Notes under the pieces: generated by a model
Told to the model about the DNA's origin: nothing
Seen by the model: only the letters and a program-made list of their open reading frames with translations
The model's database searches: none
In this document: in pieces, positions 50,120 through 61,349 of the stretch
Numbering within the stretch: the first letter of the stretch is position 1
Layout: the number at the start of each line of letters is the position of its first letter
Made by a program: the position numbers and the translations under genes
Assembly (NCBI RefSeq): GCF_009834535.1
Contig: NC_045696.1
Coordinates: 3,784,001-3,848,000 of the forward strand
From: Camelus ferus
Lineage: Eukaryota
Length of the DNA stretch: 64,000 nt
Reading direction: 5' to 3'

Positions 50120-50515
50120 GAGGATGATCATACTAAGTGAAGTAAGTCAGACAGAGAAAGACAAATGTCATATGATGTCCCTTATATGTGGAATCTAAAA
50201 AAAAGGTACAAATTTATTTATAAACCAGACATAAATTCATAGACAAAGAAAAAAACTGTGGTTACTAGAGGGGAAAAGGAGGGGCAGGGATAGATCAGAA
50301 GTTTGGGATTAATAGATATACATTACCATATATAAAATAGATAAACAACAAGGACCTACTGTGCAGCACAAGGAGCTCTATTCAATTTCTTGTAGTAAGT
50401 TGTAATGGAAAAGAAACAGGAAAAAAAAGTATGTGTATGTATCACTGAATCGCTTTGCTGTTTATCTGAAATTAACATTGTAAATTGATAATACTTCAAT
50501 AAGAATTAAAAAAAA
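50120..50515 (+). mobile_element. L1 3' end, tail-to-tail with the KRTAP12 poly-A site
   Basis: atactaagtgaagtaagtcagacagagaaagacaaat...acttcaataagaattaaaaaaaa. Confidence 0.9.
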
Positions 50516-50546
50516 TGGAGGGACACACTGCATTGAGAAAGCATGA

Positions 50547-50552
50547 TTTATT
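50547..50552 (-). terminator. AATAAA poly-A signal of the KRTAP12-like gene
   Basis: tttatt on the plus strand, ~260 nt after the stop. Confidence 0.75.
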
Positions 50553-50808
50553 TGTCACACATGGGGTGTGGCTTCCTGCCGGAGACAGAGAGGGACCCTG
50601 GGAACCAGGGCTTCCAGAGGGGATGCGCAGATTCATAGAAGGATCCAGATCATCCTGCCACGTTCTCGCCCCAGAGTTCAGAGGGTTGGTTCATCATGCG
50701 TTTTTCATCTGCCACGTGCAGAACCTGGAGGCCCATGGAGGACTCGTTCTGGGAGGGGCACAGGTATGAACTCATCTGCACAGGGGGCAGCTGGGAGGAG
50801 GCTCACGG

Positions 50809-51156
50809 TCAAAGGCACGAGGGGGTGCTACAGGAGGTGGGTCTGCAGACCAGGGTGGGGCAGGGGGGCTGGTAGCACCCGGAGGACTGGCAGGAGGGGG
50901 CCACATACACGACCTGTTTGTAGCTCACGGGCACACGCACAAAGGACTGGCAGGAGGGGGCCACACCCACGGTGGGCTTGCAGCTCACGGGCAGGCACAC
51001 GGGCCTGCAGCTCACGGGCACGCACACAGCTGGCTTACAGGTCAGGGGCACATAGCAGGACGCCTGGCAGGGCCTGGCCGTGCAGCAGGACGCCTGGCCG
51101 GAGCTGGGCACGTAGCAGGCAGCCGGGCAGCCGGAGGAGCAGCTGGTGTGGCACAT
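50809..51156 (-). CDS. KRTAP12: Keratin-associated protein, KRTAP12 family (high-sulfur), 115 aa, single exon
   Basis: MCHTSCSSGC...VCVPVSCRP...APSCQSSGC..PTLVCRPTSCSTPSC is the KRTAP12 architecture. ACCATG start, upstream TATA and downstream AATAAA. The paralogue number cannot be assigned. Confidence 0.93.
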   Translation of the reverse strand: MCHTSCSSGCPAACYVPSSGQASCCTARPCQASCYVPLTCKPAVCVPVSCRPVCLPVSCKPTVGVAPSCQSFVRVPVSYKQVVYVAPSCQSSGCYQPPCPTLVCRPTSCSTPSCL

Positions 51157-51225
51157 GGTGGCTTAGGGCTGGGCTGGCGTCGGGAGGAGGGCGGTGATGT
51201 CTGCAGCCTCCCTGCCCGGGCGGCC

Positions 51226-51231
51226 TTTATA
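51226..51231 (-). promoter_or_regulatory. TATA box of the KRTAP12-like gene
   Basis: GGGTATAAAGG on the minus strand, ~70 nt upstream of the ATG. Confidence 0.85.
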
Positions 51232-51574
51232 CCCGGGCCGTGGGCGTCCCAGCAGCGCAGAAGCTCACCTGCTGACTTCCTCGAGGTTGTTGCCAACATC
51301 TTATTATCCTGGGACGCACTTTCCTGTATTGTTCTTCACCACAAATTAGTTTGGCTTTGAGGCCAATTCCTCCTCCTGTAAACAGGATGTTCTGGTCTGA
51401 ATTTACGTGGGGTGTGTGTTGTTCCTCCGGCCATCACTGTGCCCAGCACACCCTTGCATGGACTCAGAGACATAACCTCTTACTCCTTTAGATCTCGTGA
51501 TGTCAGCGAAGACTTTGAGGCAATACTGTATTTTGAGGGTTTTTTGCAGAGGACAACGCCGAAGCGGGAGCCTG

Positions 51575-51755
51575 TGGGACAGCGCTGGCCTGCTGCCTGT
51601 GTGGGAGCGGAGCTCTGTGGGCACAGCCCGCCTGCGTGCTTAGCATCCGGGGCCGCTCCCCCGGCCACGCTGAGCTGTGCTGAGGGAGGCCGCGTGACCG
51701 CAGAGCCTGAGAGTCTCGCTCTCTGCCCTTTACAGAAAGTTTGCCGGCTCCTGCT
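51575..51755 (-). mobile_element. MER58A-like MITE, strongly GC-shifted
   Basis: Ends ccctttacagaaagtttgccggctcctg and aligns by eye to the copy at 24413. Confidence 0.7.
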
Positions 51756-52184
51756 TCATAGTAATCAGTATAAGAGCTGATTCGTTCATGCAACAAATTA
51801 CACTACGTGCTGGCGAGGGAGATGCCCCCGCCGCCTGAGCCTTCCAGGGCAGTGAGCAAATGAGTGCATGAAACATTCATGCATGAGATGATTCCAGAGG
51901 GGCTGAGTCCCGGAAAGGACGGCAGGCTCAGCAGATGGAGAGAAGTGGGGAGCTGGTGGGTGGTGTGGGGGCCTCAGCGGGGAGGCGGCGCTGAGCTGGC
52001 TCTGCGTCCAGAGAAGGGGTCGGGGCGGCGCTCCAGGCAGAGGCAGCCAGGGGGCTGTGAGGACACGGCTGCAGAAACGGGCAGTTCCAGGGGCAGCGGG
52101 GAATCCCACAGCTCGGGCTGACAGGGTGCGGGGGCCGGTGGAGGATTCCGACCGTGGGAACCGAGGAGCAGGCGTCACCACCCT

Positions 52185-52460
52185 GGGCTGATAGAGGGAA
52201 GGCTCGGTGGACCTGAGGACACGTCAGTGGAAATCATCCAACCTGATGAAGGGGGACAAGGAGCTAAGAAAGACGGGGAGGCCTGTGAGACAACATCAGA
52301 GAGGCTAACGTGCGAGTGATTTCTGCCCGGGGAGGAGAGGAGAATGACACTGAAGTATAACAGAACTGGGAAGAAACAGCTGACAAAATTCCCAAATTTG
52401 ACTTTTTAAAAAAAAATTCCAATCGACAGATGCAAGAATCTCAGAGCACACGCCCAGGGC
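52185..52460 (+). mobile_element. Old L1 ORF1 relic
   Basis: gacctgaggacacgtcagtggaaatcatccaacctga...acaacatca...aaaattcccaaatttg...cagatgcaagaatctcag. Confidence 0.6.
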
Positions 52461-53179
52461 CCCAGCGCACGCGGCACAATGTGAGGACTGGGGACCCAGG
52501 GGGCTGACACCTTCAAGTGCCTGCTTCTCCGTCTCAGCGCTGAGACCGTGCACCCGTCATGGGCTCCTTCTGAATCGCCCTGAGGGACCGCCTGTGCACA
52601 CGGGGCTCCCGCCGCCCCCGGGCGGTGGCAGGACTGGTCATCAATCAGTTACGAGGGGGTCCACGTGAAACACTTAACTCAGCCCCGGCTCGAAGCTGGA
52701 ACCCCGTCGCTGTGATCATGGCAGTAGTGTGGCTGCAGCTCCCAGTGAGGAGCCCAGCCCTGTGGAAGAACCTTCTGGATCACTGAGTTTCCAAATCAAA
52801 GTGGGGGACACTGTGCTTGTGCGGACAGACACAGGGTCTTTACAACTGGGGAGGACCCTGAGAATATGATGTGAGACTTCTGTCCCCACATGATGGCCCT
52901 TCCCTATCCAACCCAGGCTCCAATTACAGAAGTCACAGGACCACTGTGTCACTGGGTGCCTCCCGCTGAGAAGGAGCTTCCTGAACTGGGTCACTTCCAC
53001 CGGGAACTCCAGGAAGAGACTGTGGAGAAGGACGAGGAGGAAAAACAGCAGGCGGCCAGGAGGAGGGCACTCACATGCCTTGTGGCCAGGATGCCATGGC
53101 CTGGGCGTAAAGGTCACCCAGGGGAGGAGCCTCCAGACCAGCCCTGTACTCAGTCCTGACCCCACCTCAGCGCCTCACC

Positions 53180-53439
53180 AAGTGCCACACTAGCTGCTCT
53201 GCGGGCTGCCGGCCGGCCTGCCGTGCGCCCAGCCCCTGCCGGGAGACTTGCTATGTGTCACTGAGCAGCAGGCCTGTCGTGTGTGTGCCTGTGAGCTGCA
53301 AGCTGACCACACACCTGCCCGTGAGCTGCAAGCCCCTGTGTGTGTGGCCCCCTCCCGCCAGTCCTCCGGGTGCTGCCCGCCCTCCTGCCCCGCCCTGGTC
53401 TGCAGACCCATCCCCTGTGGTGTCCCTTCCTGCTGCTGA
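53180..53439 (+). pseudogene. KRTAP12-like pseudogene
   Basis: AAG replaces ATG, then CHTSCSAGCRPACRAPSPC...VCVPVSCK. A 1-nt frameshift near 53336 moves the C-terminus (VCVAPSRQSSGCCPPSCPALVCRPIPCGVPSCC*) into another frame. The TATA position reads CGTAAA (53106-53111). Confidence 0.9.
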
Positions 53440-54094
53440 GCCCAGGCCCTGCCGGGACCCCTGCCCGTGTGTGGGTCAGAAGCAGCCAACTCTGAACTCC
53501 CAGGGGGCGGCCCAGACATCGTCCTCTCCACACCTTCCGTGCCCAACGAGACTGCGTCGCAGCGAGGCTGCTCGATCCCAGCCGGCCAGGCCGAGGGCCT
53601 CGTCCCCGGCGGGGTCACCTGCCCGGCGCCCACGCCGGCTGGGACGGCGTCCAGGCTCGGCAGCCTCCTGCACCGAAGGTCTAGTAAACGTCAGAGCGCA
53701 ATGCTCGCGGAGCAGTGTCTCTCCCCCCTCGTCATTCCCTAAACTGCTTCCTCCAGGGGTGGTTCCCCCGGATTCTAGAAAATTCCTTTTACAGAGCAGG
53801 TCAGGTCACCAGATGGCCATGTGGGTGACCAAGCTCGTGCTGAAGGTGAACTCCCAGCGCTCAGGCGAGGGACCCAACTCTGTACCCTGACCTTACAAGA
53901 CCAGTCCTCACCCTGCTCTGGGTGGACCGAGGGCATTAAGGTCCTGAACTTACCCCTTTTGTGTAAAATGTCCTTCTGTGCAGCATTGATAGGTGGCGCT
54001 CACACCACTAAATTAAACCAGGATGCTCTGCAGACACGCAGGGCTCCTCCCCCTCCCCGTGGGTGGGAAAGAGCCTGGCGGGGCGGGGAGGACT

Positions 54095-54497
54095 TCTGTG
54101 GTTCCCCAGGGATGCCATGTCCTGCCCTCAAGACCTGCGATACGTCCCCTTACACGGCAAAGCGACTTTGCGGACGGGAGTAAATTGAGGGCCTTGCGAT
54201 GGGAGATGCTCTGGGTCCTCCAGGTGGGACTGATGGGGGGCGAGGAGACGGCCACAGAAGGGGAGGCCCCAGGAGGGGGAAGCAAGACTCGAGGCCACAA
54301 GCCGAGGATGCAGTGCCTCTAGAAGCTGAAAGGACGGGGGTCACACTCTGCCCTGGAGCCTCCGGGGGAGCCCGCCCTCTCACACCCCAACTGTGGCCAG
54401 GAGACTCCCTTCCCATTCTGCCTCCACGGCTGGGGGACAACACTTTTGAGCTGCTTCAGCCACGTTCGTGGTCACTTTTACGGCAGCCACAGGACGG
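54095..54497 (+). mobile_element. MLT1D-like MaLR LTR
   Basis: ttacacggcaaagcgactttgcgga...gccacaagccgaggatgcag..cctctagaagctgaaa...tacggcagccacagga. Confidence 0.8.
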
Positions 54498-55169
54498 CCC
54501 GCTTCTCGGTGGCACAGCCCCCCACTTCCACACTCCGTCTGTGATCCTTCAACTGTGTGGTGACCTTCAGGGTTGTGGGTGGAAGTGGGGACACAAAGGG
54601 CAGGAAGGAGAGCCACGCGGGGGCTGCGGAGCCGGCTCCCCGGCCCTGCTGCCGGTCTCGGAGCCCATTCTCCCCCTCGGGGCTCTTCCTGCCCTGTGCC
54701 CCCAGCCGGGGGAAGAGCCCCTCCAGCCGGACCTTCCCTCCTCGGTCACTCGGAGGCTGATGGTCTTCCTGCCCAGGTCTGTCCTGCTCCAGGCTCTCTC
54801 CCCTGGCCTGAGTCCACCCTGCCCTCTCTCCCGCGAGTCCACACCGGGGCCACGGGGACTCTCGGGCGGCATCCCCCTTGGCCCACACCTGTGCCCCCTC
54901 CCCGAGCATCCAGCACAGATTCTGGGCATCACGGCCCGGGGCAGTGGTGGTCCTCCCTGCAGGGGACTCTGCCGCCCTCGTGGTGACCCCCTGGGAGCCC
55001 CCTCCCTTGCCTGCAGAGGATGTAAAGGCCCCAGTCCTCCCTCCTCAGGGACAGCTTTCTCCAAGGACATGCTCTCCAGAGCTCAGCACCCCAGGGCCTG
55101 GGTCCCTGACCTGCAAGCACCCTCTTCTTGGCCTCTCCACCCTCTGCAAGGGCCAGAGTTGGGGACGGG

Positions 55170-55606
55170 CTGCAGCATCCTCTTTGGGCTATCATGCAAA
55201 GCACCCAGACTGGGCGGCTTCAACCGCACAAATGCATGGTCTCACAGTCTGGAGGCCAAGGTGTGGGAGGCTGGTCCCTTCCAAGGGTGGCAGGGAATCC
55301 GCTCCATCCCCTCTCCTGGTTCCCCATGTTTGCAGGCATCTCTGGTGTCCTTGGCTCTAGGCACCACCCTGATCCCCGCCTGCATCTTCTCCCGTCTTCC
55401 CTCTGTGCATGGCTCTGTGTCTGCAGCTTCCTTTTTTATAATGAGGACACGGTCATGTGACCTCTGGATTGGGTCCCACCTTCCAGGCCTCATTTTAACT
55501 TGATCAGATTTGCAAAGATGCCATTTCCAAGTAAGGTCATGTTCAGAGGTATTGGGATTAGGGCTCCAGCATGTCTTGTTCAGGGAACACGGTTCAGCCC
55601 ATCACA
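55170..55606 (-). mobile_element. MLT1B/C-like MaLR LTR
   Basis: cagactgggcggctt...tctcacagtctggaggc...tgcaaagatgccatttccaagtaaggtca...acacggttcagcccatcaca. Confidence 0.85.
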
Positions 55607-56524
55607 GGGGCCGCTCGAAGCTGCAAGACTGGTCTGGCCCCTCCTTTGCACACCACATGGCTGTGCCATGGCTTCCTTTGTTCCGAGGAGAGTCCAGTTT
55701 GAGGCAGGCCACACTCCCATCCGGAACCACAGCGATCGCAGGAACACTGCGTGTGGGATGCCTGCGCTATTCCGGGAAGGGGAAATCTGGCCCAGAAACC
55801 GGGGGGGGGGGGGGGCTGCCCTAGGAAGTGCCAGCTCAGCCCCCGTGGTGTGAACACAGGCCCCTCCAGAGCGTGGGCGCTGGGCCACCCTGGGCACAGG
55901 GCCGGGGGCGGGGGCGGAGATGCCGGGAGGAGGCATCAGCCTCGGCAGAAGGAGGCACTGCCATGCCAGGGTGCCTGCGGGAGCTGTTTGGGAACTGAGA
56001 AATAGTCTAGGAGGTGCACCACTGGGGAGGCCGCCCTGAGCGAAGCCACATATCTAGAAAGATGTCATTGTGATGTCACGTGATCCCCAGGATGCGACGT
56101 GCAGAGGGAATCCTTACAGCACCCACTATGCCCAGCACTTTCTCATCCTTCATTCAATTCAAATCAAACCTCCTCTCCAGCCCTGTTTTTTTTTGTCTCC
56201 TGTATCCAAGCCAAGCCATTTGATGTCATGTCCTGGCCTTGCCCACGCCCTCCCGGACACTCCCAGGAGCTGCCTGCGCTGTCCACCAGATGGGAGGAAG
56301 GCTTCACGGTTTACTCTTGTTTCATGTGGTACCTTGGTGGGCGGCATCTGTGAGTGGCCATTGTCTACATCTCAGTCACGTGGATGACAAAGGTGTCACA
56401 GTGACCCTGATCTGGAGGGTCTCAGCATTTAGAATTGTCCTTGTGTTACAAACATGTGCTAAATAAACTCTCCAAAGTAAAGACACCGTCATCTCGACTG
56501 ATTCTTTCCTTTCATTTATCTCAT

Positions 56525-56530
56525 TTTATT
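56525..56530 (-). terminator. AATAAA poly-A signal of the KRTAP10-like gene
   Basis: tttatt on the plus strand, ~275 nt after the stop. Confidence 0.75.
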
Positions 56531-56803
56531 AATGATGGCAGTTGACCTTTGACACATGGAATATAAGAACCCAACCGTGCAGAAGAGGGCTCCCAGGGCC
56601 GGCAGTCCCCCCACGGCTGGGGGGTTTGAGGGTGGCATGTTCAGGTCCCCTCTAGGCAGCAGCTGTGTGTCCACCAACGAGAGAGGGGAGGTCCTGGTGC
56701 CAGCAGAGGGGCTCCGGGGCTCCTGAGAGAGGACAGCTGGGCTCAGGGTCAAAGCCAGAAGCTGGAGAGAGGCCGGCAGTACAGCCAGTCAGCAGCTGGA
56801 CTT

Positions 56804-57436
56804 CTAGGCTGAGTCGGAGACACAGCAGGCCGAGCGGGAGCACCTGGGGTGGCAGAGCAGGGACACGCAGGAGGCCGGGCGGCAGCAGCTGGGCTGGCAG
56901 GAGGGGGCGGGGGCACAGCAGGCGGGTCTGCACACAGGGCGGCAGAGCAGGGACACACAGGAGGAGGGTCTGCAGCAGGACGAGGGGCAGGGGGTGGGCT
57001 CACAGCACACGGGCCTGCAGCACACGGGCGTGCAGCACACGGGCCTGCAGGAGACAGGTGTGCAGCACACGGGCCTGCAGCACACAGGCCTGCAGCAGAG
57101 GGGCGCACAGCAGTCCTGCTGGCAGGGGGAGGAGGTGCAGCAGGAGGGCTGGCAGCTAGACTGCGGGCAGCACAAGGCTGTGCAGGAGCTGGTGCAGCCT
57201 GATTGGCAGGTGCTGGGCTCACAGGTCAGCTGGCAGCAGGGGCTGGGCTCACAGCTCACTGGGGCGCAGAGGAGGGTCAGGCAGCGGGGCTCGCAGCAGC
57301 GGGGCTCACAGCAGCTCTCTGGGCAGTCGTCCACCTGCCAGGAGGAGCCGGTGCAGGAGTCACAGGAACCGGGCAGGCAGACCCGGCTGCCGTAGCTCAG
57401 GTCGCTGGAGCAGGTGGACAGGGCGGAAGCGGCCAT
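56804..57436 (-). CDS. KRTAP10: Keratin-associated protein, KRTAP10 family, 210 aa, single exon
   Basis: MAASALSTCSSDLSYGSRVCLPGSCDSC..SSWQVDDCPESCCEP, CCRPV pentapeptides and CCRPSSCVSLLCRPVC are KRTAP10 hallmarks. ACCATGG Kozak context. The paralogue number cannot be assigned. Confidence 0.95.
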   Translation of the reverse strand: MAASALSTCSSDLSYGSRVCLPGSCDSCTGSSWQVDDCPESCCEPRCCEPRCLTLLCAPVSCEPSPCCQLTCEPSTCQSGCTSSCTALCCPQSSCQPSCCTSSPCQQDCCAPLCCRPVCCRPVCCTPVSCRPVCCTPVCCRPVCCEPTPCPSSCCRPSSCVSLLCRPVCRPACCAPAPSCQPSCCRPASCVSLLCHPRCSRSACCVSDSA

Positions 57437-57517
57437 GGTTGGGGTGTGAGGCTGGAGGAGGGTGTGAGTGTGAGTGTGTGAGTGTGTGTGTGAGTGTGAG
57501 GTGCTGGGGCTGTCAGC

Positions 57518-57524
57518 TTTTATA
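57518..57524 (-). promoter_or_regulatory. TATA box of the KRTAP10-like gene
   Basis: GGGTATAAAAGC on the minus strand, followed by a CA-rich (CACTCACA) 5'UTR typical of KRTAP10. Confidence 0.85.
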
Positions 57525-58359
57525 CCCCTCCCGGGTGTGCGCGTTGCCCCAGCGGGAGGAGGCTCCCACGCCCTCCCTTCCGTGTTGATGTTTGGAGCTG
57601 GGCGCACGGGACCCTGTTTAGTGCTGGTGTGTTTTCTACAATTAGGTTTTACTCACTCAACACGTGAGTATTTTGCAAGAATCTGTTTTCCCATCTGTTC
57701 TTTGGCTCCAGAAAACTTGTAGAGAACATATGAGGCAAGTTTCTGCCAAGTGTCATGTTCATGGAGGGGCTGGGCGTGAGACACGCTCCCGGCCACTAGC
57801 AGCCCCTCCCCAACACCGCCTGCACCTGTGTGACACCCTGACGGGGAGAGGTGCCCAGAGCTGTGGCAGCCAAACTACAAAGCACCTAAGAAGAAAGTTA
57901 AGAAGATAAGTTGGGAACAAAATAGTAAACCTGACCAATGGACACACACCTCGTATGTCCACTGGGACCCGAGAGAGCTGTGGGCAAGAAACTCAGGGCT
58001 GTAGAGTCTCCACTTCCCCTGGGTCAATCCAGCACTGATGTGATTTCAGTCAGAACCCAAAAGGAATCTTTTTGATGTGCAAATTGGAGATATTGAACTG
58101 CCAGAAAATATCGCAATATAAAATCAAAGAGTCTTTAAAACAGGGCGAGATACAAAAGCATCAAATACATCCTCAGTTCAGATCCCCAATTAGCATATAA
58201 AAAGCTACTCGATTTCATTAAAAATTAAAGCTTCTCAGATTAAAACATAAATGTTCCACCTGTAACACCAAGCAAGGTTTTCAGCGCCGGTAACGCCCTG
58301 TGCTGCTGTGAGTGGGGGTCTTGCTCTTAGAAATCGTTAGCAGGCGTGTGTGTGTGTGA

Positions 58360-59268
58360 TAATGTACAATATTAAAGTTACCGTTTTAACCATTTGAAAG
58401 TGTTCAGTGCAGTGGCATTTGGTACAGTCATCCTTTTATGTGTTGTTGGCTGTATGTCTTCTTTGGAGAAATGTCTATCGAAGTGCTTTGTCCATTTTAA
58501 ATTGGGCTGTTTGTCTTTTTCTTGATGAATTACAGGAATTCTTTATGTATTCTGGATACAAGGCCCTTATCAGAATTATGATTTGCAAATATTTCCCCTC
58601 TTTCTGTGGCTTTCTATTTTACTCTCTTGATACTGTCCTTTGATATATAGAATTTTTTAGTTTTAATGAATTCTAATTTATCTATATTTTTTGTTGTTGC
58701 TTGTCCTTTTGGGCTTGTATCGAAAAAATTATTGCCAGATCTAAGGTCATGCAGATTTACCCCTATGTTTTCTTCTAATAGTGTTAGTGTTATAGCTTTA
58801 TCTATTATAGTCAGGTCTTTGATCCATTTTGAGTTAAATTTTGTACATGGTGTGAGGTAGGGTTTGACTTCATTCTTTTGCATACGACTATCCAGTTCTC
58901 TCAAAGTCATTTATTAAAGAGACTATTCTTTTCCCATTGAATTGTCTTGACACCCTTGTTGAAAATCAATTGACCAAAGACATGTAGGTTTATTTCTAGA
59001 CCCTCAATTTTATTCCATCAATCTATATGTCTACCTTTATGCCATTACCACTGTTTTGATGACTGTAGCTCTGTGCTAAGTCTTATTTCTTCCTTTCACA
59101 ATTTGGATGTCTTTTATTTCTTTTTCTTGCCTAATTGCTTTGGCAAGACCTTCTAGTATAATGTTTAATAGAAATGGTGAAAGTAGGCATCCTTGTCTTA
59201 CTCTTGATTGTAAGGGGAAAGTTTTCAGTCTTTCACTTTTGAATATGGTGTTAGCTGTGGTTTCTTTC

Positions 59269-59302
<34 letters not shown>

Positions 59303-59882
59303 TAATGCCCTATGTTATACTGAAGAACTTCCATTCTAGTCCTAGTTTGTTGAGTGTTTTTATGATAAAATATTGTCAGCTTTTGTCAAATGCTTTTTCT
59401 GCATCAATTGAGATGATCATGTGTTTTTTTCCCTTTCAGTTCTGTTAATGTGGTACATTATACTGATTGGTTTTCATATATTGAATTACTCTTGTGTTCC
59501 TAGGATAAATCCCACTTGGTTGTGGTGTATAATCCTTTTAATTTGCTGCTGTATTTGGTTTGATTGTATTTCGTTGAGGTTTTAAAAAATCTTCATCTCT
59601 AAGGATTATTAGTCTATAGTTTTCTTTTGTTGTCTTTGTCTCTAGCTTTGATATCAGGATAATGCTGACTTAACAGAATGAGCTAGAAAGTGTTCCCTCA
59701 TCTTCTATTTTTTTTTTTTTTTGGAAAACTTGATGCTAATTTTTCTATAGATGTTCAGTAGAATTCAGCTTGAAACTTCCTGGTCCTGGGCTTTTCTTTT
59801 GGGGGAGGGTTTTGACTGCTGTTGTAATCTCATCACCTGTTTTATATGTGTTCAGATTACCTGTTTCTTCTTGAGTCGGTTC
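58360..59882 (-). mobile_element. L1 ORF2 (RT to C-terminus), degenerate with internal deletions
   Basis: ORF 58614-58910 contains [17 protein letters not shown]...LLEENIG. Antisense RT motifs (tgctttttctgcatcaattgagatgatc). Confidence 0.9.
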
Positions 59883-61347
59883 ACTCACTTTAGATCCAAA
59901 GATACAAACAGATTGAAAGTGAAAGGATGAAAAAGATATACTTTGTGCAAAAGTAGCTGAAAGAAAGCTAGATGGCTATAATAAAATCAGACAAAATAGA
60001 CTTGGAGTCAAATATTATTGTAAAAGACAAATAAGGGCACTAAATATTGATAAAAGATCAATTTACCAAGAAGCTATGACAATTATAAATACATATGCAC
60101 CTAGCATCAGACCCTCAAAATATATGAAGCAAAAATTACAGAATTGAAGAAAGAAATAGACAGCTGCAGTATTACAATAACAGTTGCAGACTTTAAAAAG
60201 GCATCTCCACTAATAAAAAACGAAGTAATACAACTAGACCAAAGATCAGCAATGGCATAGAGGGCTTGAAGAATGCTGCAAACCAGCCAGACCTAACAGG
60301 CGTATACGAAACGCTCAGCTCAACAACAGCAGAACACGCATTTGTCTCAAGTCCACATGGGACATTCTCCAGATTAGATCATATGTTAGGCCACGAAACA
60401 AACCTCAAGCCATTTAAAAAGACTGAAATCACACGAAAATATCTTCTCTGATTACAATGGAAAGAAACTAGGAATCAATAACACAACAAAAACTGGAAAA
60501 ATAACTCAATAAAAAAGCTTAAAAATAAAAAAAAAGTACTTAGAGCTGTGCCTGAAAAAACAGAAAGAAAGAAAAACTGGAAAATTCATAAATAGGTAGA
60601 AGTTAAACAACACACATTTAAACAACAAATGGATCAAAGAATAAATCACAAGGGAAATTAGAAAATACTTTGAGATGAATAAAAGTGAAAACACAACAAA
60701 CCAATGCTTATGAGACATTGCAAAAACAATGCTCACAGGGAAATTTATAACTATCAACACTTAATTTAAAAAGAAAAAAGATTTAAATCAATAACCTAAC
60801 TTTACACCTTAAGGAATCAGAAAAAGGAAAGCAGACTAAAGCCAGAGGTAACAAAAAGGAGGAAATAAATGTTGGAACACAGATTAATGAAACTGAGACT
60901 AGAAAATCAATAGTGAAACCCTAGAAATCAATCAGTGAACCAAAATTTGGTTCCTGAAAAGAGCTACAAAATTGACAAAACTTTGGCTAGACTGACTAAG
61001 GAAAAAAGAGAAGTCTCAAAACTACTAAAATCAGAAACAAAAACAGGTAAATCTCTGCTGACCTTACATAAATGAAAACGATCACAGTTGCCCCTTGAAC
61101 AACACAGCGGTTAATCCACATGGCCTTCTATTTCTGTGGTTTCTCTGCATCTGTGGATTCAAACAACCATGCATCAAGTAGTTCTGTTTCATTTACTGTT
61201 GAAAACTATCTGTGTATAAGTGGACCCACGCAGTTCAAGCCTACATTGTTCAAGGATCAACTGTCTGTGAGACTAGTATACATCAAAACATTAGAAAAGC
61301 TAGATACAATGGAGAAATACATGTAAACTCGCAAACTACCTGAACTG
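59883..61347 (+). mobile_element. L1 ORF2 endonuclease/linker segment, inverted relative to its flanks
   Basis: ORF 60266-60451 contains FVSSPHGTFSRLDHMLGH (EN domain). The segment ends ...LDTMEKYM*TRKLPEL. Confidence 0.9.
61085..61263. mobile_element. Tigger-type (TcMar) MITE nested in L1
   Basis: Terminal inverted repeats cagttgccccttgaacaa ... ttgttcaaggatcaactg. Confidence 0.85.
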
Positions 61348-61349
61348 TC

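Noticed and set aside
54199..55503. 434-aa ORF, the longest in the track
   Set aside because: It starts in one MLT1 LTR and ends in another. It is a G/P-rich product of GC-rich DNA with no recognisable domain.
57437..57607. 57-aa N-terminal extension of the KRTAP10 ORF
   Set aside because: It has a non-ATG start upstream of the TATA box. The family N-terminus begins at the ATG at 57436.
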